Source: Oculina patagonica
Taxonomy: Eukaryota
Assembly (NCBI RefSeq): GCF_052425735.1
Contig: NC_135765.1
Span: 18,662,001 to 18,726,000 of the forward strand
DNA: 64,000 nucleotides
Reading direction: 5' to 3'
The translations under genes were made by a program, and so were the position numbers. Shown here one piece after another: positions 51,301 to 64,000 of this stretch; within the stretch, counting starts at the first letter, position 1, and each line of letters starts with the position of its first letter. The notes under the pieces are model-generated. The model ran no database searches. It had not been told where the DNA came from and saw nothing but the letters and a program-made list of their open reading frames with translations.

Positions 51301-54300
51301 CCTTCACAAAAAGCGCACAAAATGGTGACACCAAGCATAACGTAATGTGGCAATTATGCGTTTCATCTGACTAACAGAACAATGTTTTTACATTTTTATC
51401 AATTAGGAATTCCCGATACACCAAACAGTATAGACATGCCTGCGGAGGTACATAGTGATGAAGTGGCTTTAAAATGGACAAAGCCAGTCAGCAATGGAGC
51501 GGACATCATACAATACACTGTATATATACGGAACGTTAGTAGCAACGGTATCGTAGGAGACTGGAGAAAGCTTGAGGTCATTCATGATGTCTCTGTTCAT
51601 GAATATGTCGTCACGCTCAAAAAGGGTCAGCGGTATGAGTTTGCTGTGACTGCGACTAACAAATTTGGAGAGAGTCTGAAACAACAGAAAAGCATAAAGA
51701 GAGTCAGAGTTTTAGGAGGTAAAGTAATGGAAGATTTACTTTTCTTGTTGCAGATTATTCCTCTAAGTAGTTCTTTTTTTCTGATATTTCTGTTTGTCGT
51801 TAAAAGAAATAAGCAAGATGCTCCAATTCTCCTATAATAATGCCTTAGACAATTGAAGTTATTTTATCTTTGATAACTGTTCAACTACCTTGTATACACA
51901 TTCTTCCAAACTAATTTTATATCCGTTTTGGTGTTTTTCAGGGTTCACTAAATCGACTGCAAACCAGAATGAAACAGGTAAGCTGTGTATAAAAAATGTA
52001 CCCATTTCAAGCCTTAATATAAAATAAATTCGAGATAACTGGTTTGCAGGCATGTCACTTAAAAAGCGGGAACAGATAATAATTTTAAATGTTATAACCC
52101 ACAGTTGTTAGATGCGACAGGGAAGTGGAGATTCTTCATGCTGTTTATCTCAGTATCATTATCTTATTGGTGATAATCATTGTTATAATCAGTGTTATCA
52201 GCTGGAGAAAGCGTCAAATTCCAGGTAATTCTTTGCATTCGAATTCATTCTTAACACATTCTTTGCTAAAATAAAACTGAACTAACAAAGTTTTTAAGTC
52301 CTAAAACTTCGTCCTGTTCTGTTATATGTTACGAATGGCAACCACTGGATCTTTGCTCAGTAGCAACATACCATTGAGCAAGTGAATTTTCCTCTTTTAC
52401 TCATGGATCCTTGTTACTATTGATACTGATCGTTTTACTTAAATGAGGTTAACTATCTACAAGATCCTGATACCACTGCGTCACACCGTTTTTTTCCTAA
52501 AATATTTCCAACCGTTTTACTTTGCTAAAAAGGCTAACAAGGATCCTTTAAGGCGTCGTGAGACAGGCAAAATGCTAGTAAGGAGATTGGTTAATGTATA
52601 GCCCATTTGTTTTGTTTACTTATTGTCTTTCTCACAACACGTTCTTGCTTTTCAGCAATCTTCAAGCGTGGAAAACAGTGAGTACAACAGTCAAAATTTG
52701 GTGATCACAAAATAACAAATTTACTTATAGCTTTTTTAATAAACTCTTTTTTCAGGAAAAGGCCTTCTAATCCCAGTGTTAGCAGATCATCATCACGTGA
52801 AGATTCCATTCAAATGGTAAGTTCTTTCAATTTCTCTTTCAGAATAGTTCGCGAATAAAGCCATTTTATGACATACAACGAAAACTTTTTACAAGAGAGT
52901 GTAGGTTGGCAAAAACTGTTTCCTTTGGAGACAAAATTCTTTCACATCATTTGCGTATTTCAACCTCATCTCCTATCAGAGATAATGTTGGTTCACCATG
53001 ATAATTTTCAGCCGGACCTTACATATATTCTCTGTCAGTTATTTAGTTGTTATCTTTACTTTTTACTGGTTATTCCTAGACAACTGCTGTCCAGCAGGAA
53101 GCAGATGCTCAGTCAATAGAAACAAGTGAAGTTACCAGCACAACTTACGAGATTCCTAACAGCAGTGATTACATGCCGCTTCATCCTTCAACAAGAAGCT
53201 GGGAGATCAGACGAGAACAAGTCAATATCATTAAAAATATCGGAAAGGGAGCTTTCTCCCAAGTTGCTAAGGCAACAGCAAGGAACATCAATGGTAACCA
53301 AGATGTGACTGTGGCTGTGAAAATGCTGAAAGGTTATCTCATTAACAACTTTAAGCGAAACTGCGACCTTTTTTTAAATTCGATTGATTGATTGCAATGG
53401 TCTGATATTTTTCTTAAATCGATTTGCTTCAAATAGAAAATGCTCCTGATTCAGACAGAAAGGACCTGCTTTCAGAACTTGAATTGATGAAAAAACTGAA
53501 GCCTCATTCTCATGTGATAAAGTTGTTGGGATGCGTAACAGAGACTGGTAAAGTAAATTCGAAGTAACTTTAATAATAAGGACTGGAACTCCCTTATACA
53601 ATATTTTGTTGTGCGTAGATTTTAAAGCTAAAACAGACGTCATATTCGATAAACGAGAATGCCCAATCGCCCATCGCATATAAACAAATGTCTTCGTTTT
53701 GAAGGTTGTAAAATGAATGATACGTACTTATGATGTTAGTTTTAAAAATGGCTGCGAAATATGTCCCTGCCTCGACTCGTTAGCTCGTAATCCAGAAAGT
53801 GAGTTCATTTCTATTTTTCTCTGCAATTCACTGAAATCTTGTCTGTATATGTCAACCGCTTTTCTTTTCTTATTTAAGATCCCTTACTGGTCCTTATTGA
53901 GTATGTGCCGTACGGTGATCTGCTGGGTTATTTGAGGAAGAGTCGTGGGCTCAATGACACGTATTTTAATAACCCGGATAGAAAGCCCAAAACAAATTTA
54001 ACTTCAGAACAGTTGATGAGGTTTGCATGGCAGATAGCTGATGGGATGACTTATTTGTCGACAAGAAAGGTAAACATCTATGATTATATGAATTCACCGA
54101 ATGGTAACAAATGAGAAAACCACACCAAATAACAAGGACGGCGACAAGTTTATAATTATGACATATTTCTTTTAGATAATCCATCGTGACTTGGCGGCCA
54201 GAAATGTTCTTGTTGGTGAAGGAGAGAAGTGTAAGGTGACAGATTTTGGGATGGCGAGGAATGTTCACCAGGATGATATTTATACCAAACAAAGTCGGGT

Positions 54301-55400
54301 GAGTATTCTCCATCCCTCCCCCTCCCCCCGAACTTTCCCAATAACTTATCTTAATCTGTCGTAATTGTTGTTTAATTGAGCCTATGATATGATAAAACGA
54401 ATAAGACTAGTGAGGCTGTTTATCTTCCAGGGTCGGTTGCCTGTCAAGTGGACTGCTTATGAAGCTTTGCTATATGGAACATACACTACACAAAGTGATG
54501 TGTAAGTGCTGAATCGAACAACTAAGCACTGATTATCTCTTTTCTCAATTTGCTTATAACCTGCACATCATACCAACTAGCATGTGGGCAGTTTTTTTGT
54601 TTCCGTAAAATAAGATTTTTTATGACGTAGCATTAGGCTTTTTACACGATCGCCATGCCACAAAAAAGTAATGCTAACCACCCAGTACAATCGTGCAGGG
54701 TTTCATGATTTTATCATAAAACGCACAATTCTTACCCTTAACATCTTGACTAGTACAGTAAAAAGCGATGAAACCAGAACGAAGAACGAACGGGGACACT
54801 AATAACTATAGCTTGTCGATGGTTACGAAGCTAAGTACTTTCCAGGGATAAGCTTGACGATTACTATTACTATAACTAATATTACCTCATTATAACTATT
54901 GCTTTGAAGGTCACGTAGGTAGCTCATGTTGTTGCTCAATCCTTACATATCACGGCAAAAATAGACATGAGCACAATTCTGTTTATTTCTCTGGGTTTCA
55001 CAACCCCTTTACTTGGATTAGATAATATTAATCCCTTTCACGGTCAAAAACGCGTCCTTTGACTTGGTGTCGTAAAAACGTTTCTTCGCCACTATCCCCT
55101 CCCCCACCCACCTCTTTTTCCTATACCATTTATATTGTTACCAATGAAGTGTTACTCATATTTGTTTTCTCGCAGATGGAGCTATGGTGTCCTTCTGTAC
55201 GAGATTCTTACCATAGGTAGGTTCAGATACATATCATTTATATAATAAAATTAACCATACATCATCAAAAAGCGTTCACTTTACTTACGATTTTCTCATC
55301 TAGGTGGATCTCCATATCCGGGAATAGACGCTCGCCAAATCGCCATGAAACTTCAAGAGGGATTTAGAATGCCAAAGCCAAAACATGTGGATAGCAAAAT
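48361..55400 (+). pseudogene. Receptor tyrosine kinase copy 2 (exons 2-17; no signal-peptide exon and no final two exons within the unit)
   Basis: Exons 48361-48732, 49730-49984, 50191-50457, 50792-51085, 51407-51718, 51942-51977, 52105-52224, 52656-52677, 52756-52816, 53080-53332, 53437-53547, 53879-54069, 54176-54298, 54431-54501, 55176-55216 (WSYGVLLYEI), 55304-55400 (GGSPYPG..MPKPKHV). The frame is open throughout. Confidence 0.8.
49070..49650 (-). mobile_element. Penelope-like C-terminal fragment in intron 2 of copy 2
   Basis: Minus strand: AVIPYERGASDRVG..FKPERTLGHVFKKPKDR..IVYKV..SSIRQHA..KRLFLEVLHS; internally deleted. Confidence 0.8.
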
Positions 55401-55576
55401 GTAAATACACTGTAATTTTTGTTGTTGTTGCTGCTGTTGCAATTCTAAATTTTATTGATTAAAACAACCTTTAACCTGTACCACTTTCTTACTTCAATGG
55501 AATGATTTTTTTGGCGATTTCTTCCCTGGCCATGACAAAAATGACAACAGTTTAGAACTCATATATGTTATTTACA

Positions 55577-56815
55577 AACAAGGAGAGAACTGTTCTGTCA
55601 TAAGAACGTTTCAATGGAGAAGATGCCGCCGACAGAGAATGCTTTGCTACAACACACCAAGCGGGCGTTGTACCAGGCTTCAATCTGGACCACTTGTACT
55701 GATACTCAGCAGGACATCCCCTCACCAGCGGACTTTGCTTGGACCAAAGTTGGTAGTGCGTGGGTACCAGTTTGGTTGACAGTTCCAGAGCTGTCCAAGG
55801 CATGCCGAGAGCTGATAAAGTGCTCGTGTAAGGGCGACTGTTCCAGTTGCAAATGTGGCAAAGCGCAGCTCAAGTGTTCACCACTTTGCAAATGCAAGTG
55901 CAACCTCCACGGCGGGTCTCAAAATAAGTGACACGATCCAACTTTTCAATTAAAAAAAAAAACGTTGTAGATACATTCCTACTCAAAGTGTATTAAAAGT
56001 GACCGACAAAGTTCAAATTGATGTGTCCCAAATCTTTGGTGAAAATTAAATTTGGCAAAGCTCTCTGGGCGGATCCAGGACTTTTAATGTGGGGGAAAGG
56101 GGGATGCGGGAGTTAGCAAATATTTGTTTGCTATTTTATTTAAGCCACAGGTTTTTTGGAAAAAGAAGAGGGTAAATGTAAGAAAATATATTGGCCTTAT
56201 TTTAACCGAAAATTTCAACGATTTCTACACATTACCGAGTGCCATTTCACTTATATTTTTCAGGTTATTTCTGCTATATTTTTGAAACTAGGGGGTGGCT
56301 AGCCACTCATTCCAACGCCCGGCTAGATCCGCCCCTGATGTTCGTGAAATTTTGACTGACGTATGGTCTAAAACTAGTCATTGTGAAGGTTTTAGAGTAA
56401 TTTCATTCGTCTAGGATATTTTAATTTCGATTTATTCTTCCAACCTAAAGCCGCCGAAGTTTTTCATTAGTAAGATGTTAAGGAACCTGCAAATAACGTG
56501 TTTTTCTTCTAAATTTGACTTATGGGTTAATCACACCGGATTAAATATCAGGTACTCTGCTAGATGCCTGCAAAAAATGGCAACTGAAACCCTCTGAGAA
56601 ATCTTATCGACCGATTACGAAAGGAAAAATCGCGGAACCGCTTTTATTAACTTATGCAAATGAGCTAAAAACGTTATTGTTTAAATTTCGAGAAAAATAC
56701 AACATTTTGGATGGAGCAACGGATAAACTTAAATAAGGTATAGAAAAGAGTCCGCATGCAAAAATTGGTGCTTTTATCACGCCGGTAACGATTATTACGC
56801 TAAGCGACCTGACTA
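55577..56815 (+). mobile_element. Academ-type transposon 3' end (duplicate)
   Basis: Near-identical to 45437-46674. Confidence 0.8.
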
Positions 56816-58502
56816 CCGGACAACAGAGCTCAGTGAAGTGCGGTCGACTTGGTTGAGTTAATTTACATTGTGTTTAATTTACATAACCTCCTTTAATCTT
56901 TATCGAGCACCAAGACTTGTTCGACAGAAATTGACATTAGATTTCTTTTAACAACTAACAAAGTGATCACACAACGACAAGTAAAAGAAACCGACGTTCA
57001 GTTGTATAAAAATGAATGACAGACCTGACTACGCAATATTACGACAGTCACAGCAAATAACCTCATTAATAAGTGACATTTAGCAAGTTAACTTTCCAAA
57101 GAATTGTATGGATTTTTATACCTAGAATATGCAGCGAGCTTCTAAGCCGCATTTCCGATAGTTTTACTTTTGGTTTACCGACAGCTAAAAAATTGAAAGG
57201 GAGAACTCCGCTACCAGGGCGGAAGTACACTTGAAAGGCCGACAAACATAAGCCAAATTCAATGACTTCACCGTTCTAACGGCAAGTACAATCAGAATTG
57301 AATAAGCTGATATTTATATTCTCCCCAGTCATAGCGCACAAAAGCAAAACGAAGTTAAGAACGTGTAGAAGTCTTTGTCAAAGGTCTTTGGGCCACCACT
57401 AGTCAACTGCAGCAGTTGATCATTCGCTCTCTTTTTCATCGTGATAACAGCTCTTGAATGACTGTTGCTAGGGAATTAAGAGAGTCGTTAGGCAGCTTAG
57501 CAGCCGACTGTTCAAAAAATGTTTTTTGAATGGTGCGTTGCTGGCTTCCTTGTCTCCTATTTCTATGGTTATGTGACTCCGCTCTGCGGCCCTTCGCGCC
57601 GCTGGGGAGCTCTGCTATTAGCTAAGAAAATTTGTTTAAGGGGACTTGTTAAAACTGAATTTTCACATGAGGCAAAAAAAAAAAAAACAGAAAATTAAAA
57701 AAGGTTTTTGTAGAAAGGTTCGAAGGGTGTTTGCGAGTTCGGTAACTTTCGTGTAGTACGCATCTTTTAACAGTGTGGTGGCTAGCGTGAGAAAAGTGGC
57801 ACTGGCATCCACTATAACTATAAGCAGACATTGCCCAGGTTTGCTTCCAGGTTCGCTTTGTATTATTGTCACTTTTCTCGCTTCATTTGGCAGGTTATAA
57901 CTCTCGTTCGAAAGGTTTCTCCGTTGATATCCGATTTCTTTATTTTTCTGGCCATGAATTGATTCCACTCTCACACTACAGAATCGCAACTGCCGAAAAA
58001 AATCTACCGAATACAAAGGTCATTTTTTGTAGAAAGATCTTACTTTTGGTCTGACCATTTTAAAAAACATTGATTATAAAACGTTGCAATTCGACACAGA
58101 ATAAAAGTTCTGCTGTCTTGTTCAACTGATAATTTAAATTTTACAAGCACTCGCATTGCTAGATAAAAGAAATTACCCGGTAACGTAGAAATTAATTTCT
58201 AGCATGAAAACATAACTTTACTGTGGTGTAAAGCTCAAGTAAAGTTGGAGTTTAGTTTAGAATTTAGTTCAGTTGCTTTACGCTTACTTTACATTTATTT
58301 AAAGCTGACCTTTACGCCAGCTTTACACTTAAGTTCAAAGACAGATAAAAAGACTCCTTTACGCCAACTCTACAAACACGTACTTAATTTATGGTATTAA
58401 GTTGGATAACCAACTTTAATTTAGATTTAACCATCTTCAATTTCACTTAAATCTCAATTTTCATGCTCTGTATAACTTTGGCTTGGGCTTCGTAATTTTC
58501 AG

Positions 58503-61500
58503 GAGGTCAGAATAGTTTCACTTCAAAGTATGGCGGAAAAACTGTGGCTGGAATGGTTGGTTCGACTGTTAATTTCAAATGGGTCTTCTCTGGCGCTGTT
58601 AATGTAGTTGACTGGGGACTGAAGAAAGATGGAGTGAATGATTTTAGGAAAGGTGGAATTCTGGCATCTATTAAGAAAATTGGTCTTGTGTCAATACCAG
58701 TCCCTTTACCATACAGTGGACGTGTGAGCGGGAGTGGTGACGTATCCTCTGGTCAGGTCATCTTTACTCTAAGCTCAATCAGAAAGAGTGATGAAAGATA
58801 TTATGGCTGTAGAATAGACATGTCTACTGATTTTAATTCGCCAAAATTTGACTCTGTGTACTTGGAAGTTAGAGGTGAGAAAATTCTAGCAACCCAAACA
58901 GTTTAAGGCCAGGGCCGTCACTACATGCAGATTTGTTTTTCCAAGCTGCAATTTACCTTTATAACTTGGAGTCACAGATTGTTTCGTTTCAGAAAATATG
59001 CACATATGTCTTCAGATGTGACAAAAACTTAGCCCGCTGAATTCTCCATTTCAGCGCGCAAAATACGCCACAATGCCCAATGAAATTATTATGATTAATG
59101 GTTTATTGCGGCAGGAGCAACAAAAGCCAAGCGCAAAGCGCGATCGGAGAAGGGGTGACTTAACTACTCATGCTCGCGCTACCAATGCCGGACGTTTTTA
59201 ATTTTGATATAAAGGCACATAAGCGCGAGGGAACACTTTTGCGTTCGTTAACAGCGTCGCTTTCCAAAGTGGAGTGCAACACCTCCAAGAAAAGCCTCTT
59301 ATTGTAATTTTTTATGCCACGCTCGCAGATCTGGGCGTCTTTCGATTGGATGTTGTGTTCCGCTGACTCGGCATGCTGCCTAATCGATGATTCGCTGTTG
59401 CTCGTACTTCACTTTGTAAACAATTTCTGCTATTCGATTAACCGCTGGTCGATCCTTCGGCTTTTTGAACACATGGCCCAATGTTCTTTCAGGCTTGAAT
59501 TCCGTCAAAATGTGGAATTTCTGGACGACGCAACCCACTCGATCCGATGCGCCTCTTTCGTACGGAATGACTGCGAGCCCTAGTGGTCTTTCTTGCGTGT
59601 GCCTTTCTCTGGTTCTTTCCCTAATACATTTCTTAAACAGGACGTTAGGTTACCCGTTTACTGTAAGATTCTCCATGACTCGATCTTGTTCACCGCTTTT
59701 GAGTTCAGGGTTGTACGGTAGCAGGTTGGCCCTGTTCATGACTGTTTTTACCACGGCTTCATTCCATGATATGTCCATTTCATTTTATGGCTAATAGGAA
59801 GCAACCCACTCTGTGAATGTTATCTGCTGTAATCCTTTTCAATACTGTTTAAAAAAGTTATCTCATTGCAGAGCTACCAGTTATCAGCCCACTGTCAATA
59901 AACGGAAGTTACATTGAGGGATCATCAGTCAATATTAGTTGTGCAGCGACTGGGAAACCAGACCCGGAAGTATCATGGATGCGAAATGGACAAATCAAAA
60001 GTTCTGGGAAGAAAATAACATATTTGAACTTTGACAGAATTACCAGGACAGACGATGGACTGTACACATGCCGAGCTAACAACTCAGCAGGAACAAACAC
60101 TCGCACTGAGAGCCTGGTGGTTCGTTGTGAGTTAGAAATCTTTTAATTTCTAGATGTATTTTATAAATTAACATTTCTTACAAAACAAGTTAACATCAAA
60201 TTTCTTAAATCAGACATTGACTACAAGATAAATCAACAACAGTGGCGTTTCTTTTTTGCATTTACGTTTTCCTCTTTAATATTGAAGGACTTTAAACAAA
60301 AGTAAACGAATTGTTTTACGTTACTTTTTCAGACCCGGCAGAAATACTAAGTGTTACTTCATCAGCTGCCAAGTCATGGATTGGTCAGAAAGTGACATTG
60401 AAGTGTGTGTCAGATGGTGTTCCTACACCAACACTCAAATGGTACAGACCTGATGAAAACGAACTAAACACAGTCACAGCTAAAGAGGGTACAGTGGGGG
60501 TGACCATAAATGATGAGCAAGATTTTGGTCAATACAAGCGTGTCGCTTACAATGGCCTTGATCCTTTAAACAACGCCTCGATGCTACTTGAACAGATAAG
60601 TATGTGACGGCTAGAGAAGAGTCAGTTATAATACCTGAAGTTCGAAAGACCATTTTTGGAACTGCTTACGTTAGGATAGAATGTCCCTAAAAATGGACGT
60701 TTAAACTTGCAAGATTTAAATCCGGAAAGGGATTTATCCCTAGTTATCACGGGTTCCAGGGGATTGATAGAGATGGCGAGCTTTCATATAGGCAAACAAA
60801 GGGGTACATTGTTTTTTCGCAGCTACCACGCTTAACGCTTGTAGTTATATGACACATCATTTAAACTTTGTTTCGAATAAAGAAGCTATAGTGATAAAAA
60901 TCAAATTTCTTCTTTAATTTGATAATCATTAGAAGAACCAGGCTTCCCGGCCATAGTTTCTTCATCTTCAGACATCCAAGCCACTTCAATGACAGTAAAA
61001 TGGACTGCACCAGCTGATGATGGAGGGAGTCCTATCACAGCATACCGAGTGGTCATACTAAAGGGTGGCACTGAGATAAAGAATGAGAATGTTACTGACC
61101 CTGGTACAACAAGTCTGTCTGTTGGAGGTCTGGAGAGAGATACCGAGTACAGTGTGAAGGTGTTTGCCAGGAATGCTGTGTTTGAGGGTGCAGCTACGCA
61201 GAAGACAATCATGACAAATATTAAAGGTACGATTTCCAGCGGCCTTCGTTAATTGAAAGTCCAACCAAAAGGGACACAGCTGACATTACATCCAATAATT
61301 TTGCTACATTGTTGTCCATTGTTCTGACTATTATTTCATAGAAAGTGGTGTAACATAATTGTCTCACAGTTGTCTCTGACTGATAAGCAAGGCTTTTTCA
61401 AACACAAGTACATGCGGTAAACATGACGGATCAACAAGCAGCCTTCACAAAAAGCGCACAAAATGGTGACACCAAGCATAACGTAATGTGGCAATTATGC

Positions 61501-63687
61501 GTTTCATCTGACTAACAGAACAATGTTTTTACATTTTTATCAATTAGGAATTCCCGATACACCAAACATTATAGACATGCCTGCGGAGGTACATAGTGAT
61601 GAAGTGGCTTTAAAATGGACAAAGCCAGTCAGCAATGGAGCGGACATCATACAATACACTGTATATATACGGAACGTTAGTAGCAACGGTATCGTAGGAG
61701 ACTGGAGAAAGCTTGAGGTCATTCATGATGTCTCTGTTCATGAATATGTCGTCACACTCAAAAAGGGTCAGCGGTATGAGTTTGCTGTGACTGCGACTAA
61801 CAAATTTGGAGAGAGTCTGAAACAACAGAAAAGCATAAAGAGAGTCAGAGTTTTAGGAGGTAAAGTAATGGAAGATTTACTTTTCTTGTTGCAGATTATT
61901 CCTCTAAGTAGTTCTTTTTTTCTGATATTTCTGTTTGTCGTTAAAAGAAATAAGCAAGATGCTCCAATTCTCCTATAATAATGCCTTAGACAATTGAAGT
62001 TATTTTATCTTTGATAACTGTTCAACTACCTTGTATACACATTCTTCCAAACTAATTTTATATCCGTTTTGGTGTTTTTCAGGGTTCACTAAATCGACTG
62101 CAAACCAGAATGAAACAGGTAAGCTGTGTATAAAAAAATGTACCCATTTCAAGCCTTAATATAAAATAAATTCGAGAACTGGTTTGCAGGCATGTCACTT
62201 AAAAAGCGGGAACAGATAATAATTTTAAATGTTATAACCCACAGTTGTTAGATGCGACAGGGAAGTGGAGATTCTTCATGCTGTTTATCTCAGTATCATT
62301 ATCTTATTGGTGATAATCATTGTTATAATCAGTGTTATCAGCTGGAGAAAGCGTCAAATTCCAGGTAATTCTTTGCATTCGAATTCATTCTTAACACATG
62401 CTTTGCTAAAATAAAACTGAACTAACAAAGTTTTTAAGTCCTAAAACTTCGTCCTGTTCTGTTATATGTTACGAATGGCAACCACTGGATCTTTTCTCAG
62501 TAGCAACATACCATTGAGCAAGTGAATTTTCCTCTTTTACTCATGGATCCTTGTTACTATTGATACTGATCGCTTTACTTAAATGAGGTTAACTATCTAC
62601 AAGATCCTGATACCACTGCGTCACACCGTTTTTTTCCTAAAATATTTCCAACCGTTTTACTTTGCTAAAAAGGCTAACAAGGATCCTTTAAGGCGTCGTG
62701 AGACAGGCAAAATGCTAGTAAGGAGATTGGTTAATGTATAGCCCATTTGTTTTGTTTACTTATTGTCTTTCTCACAACACGTTCTTGCTTTTCAGCAATC
62801 TTCAAGCGTGGAAAACAGTGAGTACAACAGTCAAAATTTGGTGATCACAAAATAACAAATTTACTTATAGCTTTTTTAATAAACTCTTTTTTCAGGAAAA
62901 GGCCTTCTAATCCCAGTGTTAGCAGATCATCATCACGTGAAGATTCCATTCAAATGGTAAGTTCTTTCAATTTCTCTTTCAGAATAGTTCGCGAATAAAG
63001 CCATTTTATGACATACAACGAAAACTTTTTACAAGAGAGTGTAGGTTGGCAAAAACTGTTTCCTTTGCAGACAAAATTCTTTCACATCATTTGCGTATTT
63101 CAACCTCATCTCCTATCAGAGATAATGTTGGTTCACCATGATAATTTTCAGTCGGACCTTACATATATTCTTTGTCAGTTATTTAGTTGTTATCTTTACT
63201 TTTTACTGGTTATTCCTAGACAACTGCTGTCCAGCAGGAAGCAGATGCTCAGTCAATAGAAACAAGTGAAGTTACCAGCACAACTTACTAGATTCCTAAC
63301 AGCAGTGATTACATGCCGCTTCATCCTTCAACAAGAAGCTGGGAGATCAGACGAGAACAAGTCAATATCATTAAAAATATCGGAAAGGGAGCTTTCTCCC
63401 AAGTTGCTAAGGCAACAGCAAGGAACATCAATGGTAACCAAGATGTGACTGTGGCTGTGAAAATGCTGAAAGGTTATCTTATTAACAACTTTAAGCGAAA
63501 CTGCGACCTTTTTTTAAATTCGATTGATTGATTGCAATGGTCTGATATTTTTCTTAAATCGATTTGCTCCAAATAGAAAATGCTCCTGATTCAGACAGAA
63601 AGGACCTGCTTTCAGAACTTGAATTGATGAAAAAACTGAAGCCTCATCCTCATGTGATAAAGTTATTGGGATGCGTAACAGAGACTG
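58503..63687 (+). pseudogene. Receptor tyrosine kinase copy 3 (exons 2-12 visible) with a nonsense codon before the kinase
   Basis: Exons 58503-58874, 59872-60126, 60333-60599, 60933-61226, 61548-61859, 62083-62118, 62245-62364, 62796-62817, 62896-62956, 63220-63472, 63577-63687. TAG at 63289-63291 (GAG in copy 2); Ig3 Cys to Arg at 60539. Confidence 0.85.
59212..59792 (-). mobile_element. Penelope-like fragment (duplicate)
   Basis: Copy of 49070-49650. Confidence 0.8.
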
Positions 63688-63803
63688 GTAAAGTAAATTC
63701 GAAGTAACTTTAATGGAACTCCCTTATACAATATTTTGTTGTGCGTAGATTTTAAAGCTAAAACAGACGTCATATTCGATAAACGAGAATGCCCAATCGC
63801 CCA

Positions 63804-63895
63804 ACAACAACCATTTTATTTTTTTTTTTTGCCAAATTAAATAGAAGATAAATTACAGCATAAAATAAATTAACTAAAATAGGCAAAAAAAACTA
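63804..63895 (-). mobile_element. 92-bp LINE-tail insertion specific to unit B
   Basis: Flanked by CGCCCA on both sides; a single CGCCCA in unit A; reads AATAAAATGGTTGTTGT on the minus strand. Confidence 0.8.
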
Positions 63896-64000
63896 CGCCC
63901 ATCGCATATAAATAAATGTCTTCGTTTTGAAGGTTGTAAAATGAACGATACGTACTTATGATGTTAGTTTTAAAAATGGCTGCGAAATATGTCCCTGCCT

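Larger units (their letters stand above)
45259..64000. repeat. 10,140-bp tandem duplication (unit A 45259-55398, unit B 55399 to the window end)
   Basis: Sequence from 45259 (ATGTAAATACACTG) recurs at 55399 and stays collinear with few substitutions and indels. Confidence 0.97.

Overview
Eukaryotic, AT-rich, repeat-dense animal DNA. The SINE and MITE families and the gene family point to a cnidarian, probably a stony coral; this is an inference. There are two 500-N gaps (11430-11929 and 44759-45258). The main content is a cluster of paralogous multi-exon receptor tyrosine kinase genes with the architecture signal peptide-V-like Ig-Ig-Ig-FN3-FN3-TM-kinase. Copy 1 spans 15827-38038 (+). Copies 2 and 3 are near-identical units of a 10,140-bp tandem repeat (45259-55398 and 55399 to the window end). 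A V-domain exon of a further paralog lies on the minus strand at the window start. The membrane-distal V domain has Trp where the B-strand Cys is expected. It is much more divergent between paralogs (about 55% identity) than the next Ig domain (about 82%), while some other exon cores are nearly identical at DNA level, as expected for a diversifying recognition-receptor locus. None of the visible copies encodes a complete kinase: copy 1 lacks two kinase exons in frame, copy 2 lacks the first and last exons, and copy 3 has a stop just before the kinase. Other content: a decayed Polinton/adintovirus segment (7488-11230) with adenain protease, two DUF5679-like modules, a PLA2 domain and a GasderminX-like remnant; an intact-looking GC-rich Penelope-like (Neptune-type) ORF; nested L2/CR1 LINEs; Gypsy, MULE and Academ fragments; tRNA-derived SINEs; and many MITEs. 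All exon models were read by hand from splice signals and paralog comparison.
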